DNA from: Psammoneis japonica
Taxonomy: Eukaryota
NCBI GenBank assembly: GCA_008632985.1
Contig: QPGO01000155.1
Span: forward strand, 62,001-126,000
Direction: 5' to 3'
DNA: 64,000 nt
The number at the start of each line of letters is the position of its first letter. The stretch's first letter is position 1. Shown piece by piece: positions 61,881 to 64,000 of the stretch. Position numbers and translations under genes: made by a program. Under the pieces are notes generated by a model. The model saw only the letters and a list, made by a program, of their open reading frames with translations. It was not told where the DNA came from and searched no databases.

Positions 61881-62579
61881 GGTTCCGACGGAGATACACC
61901 ACGATTGCCAGCAAACTCGCTTCTTGCGTGTGCGCTGAATGCTTGTAAACGTCCAATACGGCAGTAACCCGGTGCCAACCAACGCACTTTTTAGTGCAAT
62001 GGTTGTTTGAGCAGGAACCACATGAGGGCCAGCCTCTGCTTTCTTTTTGAACGCACGCTGAACGCCTGTAGACGTCGTGGACTAAGACGGTGTGCTTGAT
62101 AACCCCGAAGGGCAGCCTTTTTCGTGAAGGTTGTAAGGTGGTTCAGACCGCTTGAGTTGCTCATTGAGCATCTCATATCTGTGCCCCCGTAGGTTTAATA
62201 CTCCTATGGGTCGCCGGCCCGTTATATCAGCTATATTCTCCACGTCCCACAGCGTTTGAAGATCTGTTTTGTTGCGTTTGCGATTGTGACCGTCTCGCTG
62301 AGTTATACTTTATAACTCACACTCTTTTTTCAGATTTTGATTTCTATTTGGACAGACGATATGAATGGAGATATGCAAGAAGGAGGAGCTATATATTATT
62401 TACAGTCGCTTCTACGGTTGCTAGTGATGTTGTCAGGACAGTGGCATTCGAATGGCCCCCATATAGGTTTGTGGTCATCCCGCCGCTTGGAGGAAGACAA
62501 GGCGCTGAGTCGGATCGACAATGCGGTTTTCCTCGCGCTCCAACTATCGTTCATTCAAGGCACTCGGCTTTGAGGCATG
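61180..62579. repeat. 700-bp tandem duplication with strongly asymmetric TpA content
   Basis: gtggttccga at ~61180 and ~61879; both copies end in ggcactcggctttgaggcatg (to 61879 and 62579). Confidence 0.93.
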
Positions 62580-64000
62580 ATACCGAACGCGCATCTACCT
62601 CCAGACGACGATCTTCCGTAACCGGCGCGTCTCTGCCCTTTGGCTGCTGTTTCCCTTGACGTGTTCCTGGAGAGATATCTCCCTCTGATTTACGTGGTCA
62701 TCCCATGTCGTTTGGAGGAAGACAAGTCATTGAGTCGGATCGACAAGGGTCATCAAATCCAAGCAGTAGACGATGATCTTACGCAACCAGCGTGTCTCTG
62801 CCCTTCGTGGCTGTTTCACTTGACGTGTTCCCAGAGATCTCTCTTTCTCGCAGCACTCCTGCAAACGAGGTGACTCTCTGAGCCTTGGAAGCTGTTCTAG
62901 TTAAGACATTGCCGCGATTGAAATGCAAATACCACCCGTTTGCTCCTTCGCGATATCGGTTCTGCGTTGCACGTAGTCGACCTGAGTGCGCTCTCCAAGA
63001 CACGGCCTTCGCTTTATTCAGTTTCGAAGCGCTTACTTTCGCAGCCATATCACTATCATAGCTCACGACCGTGTGTGTCCTTCAAGTGATGGGGCAACCA
63101 AGATTCACAAGGTCGAGAACCTCTTTCAACATGAATGTAAGGGAGGACACCGAGTGAAGCTTGCCTATACTTTCCGCACCTGTAGCGAGTTTGGTTTGCA
63201 TTTGTACATAAATGCTCGAGTATGCCACGAGAGCCTACATCAGTCCTCAGGGTCCAAGACAACACCAAGGCGTGACAGTCGTTGCAACTACATATGCAAT
63301 ACATGGCCACAATTCTGTGCTTTGCTTTGGCCGCCAATCTTCATTCGTACGCTCAAAGCAAAATGCATCAGCAATGGCATCAGCTAGAGAGCCTACCAGA
63401 AAGCGGATTCCAATAACAGTAGATGCAAAGCTGCAGTCTTGCTCCGCCCTCAAGAACAAGCGTCGTGCTAAAGCCGTACTTATGCATCAGTCCCAACATG
63501 AAACACGAGCCAATCAGAAAATCGAAAACGGGACCAAAGATTCAGAGATAAATTATGTTCCAAGCCAAGCAATAGCTGTACATAGTTTCAAGTCCATACA
63601 CGAACCATATTGGACGCACTTCACAAGTTTCTGAGTCAAGTGGGACAGCCCTGGTACCGTTGCCATGATTGCTGAGTCGACCTTGCTGTAATCAGATCAA
63701 TAGAATACAATGGCCAAGTACTTTCGCGTCGCAAATGTATAACTACTTCTAGCAATCCACTCAGCCCCCCACCCCCCTCTCCTCCTTTCGGTAGAACTCA
63801 GCAATATGTCTGTTTCACTATCTTGATCCAGCAAGTACGGCTTTGTACTTTGTAGTCACTTCGCGATGATAGCCTCAGAGAGAAGAACGCTAACGCTTCA
63901 CCAACCTGTCGTCAAAAGTCTTAGTCTGTTCCCAAACTTGATCGACCCGCTTCTTCCACCTTCTGCTTAAACGCGCGCACGTGGCATTCTGTTATTCCTT

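Noticed and set aside
62780..63640. Coding remnant
   Set aside because: Short ORFs without recognisable motifs; cannot be supported.

Overview
Eukaryotic genomic DNA, most likely from a diatom (inference: short phase-1 spliceosomal introns, RXL-type secreted membrane proteins, compact genes). Normal host-gene islands alternate with transposon-derived blocks. Host islands: a cluster of five Pro/Thr-rich type-I membrane protein genes at 12.7-27.1 kb (two with fibronectin type-II domains), GH99-like and beta-COP remnants at 46-48 kb, and a TauE/SafE transporter plus a BMT5/DUF2431-C2H2 gene at 51.6-54.9 kb. Mobile DNA: a hAT element with intact ends (8931-12574; 20-bp TIRs, 8-bp TSD), an 18.3-kb CACTG-ended CMC/EnSpm-type element (27902-46194) carrying cargo ORFs including a class-III PLP aminotransferase, and older unclassified repeat blocks. 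The strongest signal is that every repeat block has nearly lost the dinucleotide TpA, which is replaced by TpG or CpA. Tyr becomes Cys or His, TAA/TAG stops vanish, and a splice donor appears converted. CpG is often retained and adjacent host genes are untouched. This looks like a repeat-targeted TA->TG/CA hypermutation process with polarity opposite to fungal RIP. All family assignments come from motif recognition by eye; no database searches were run.
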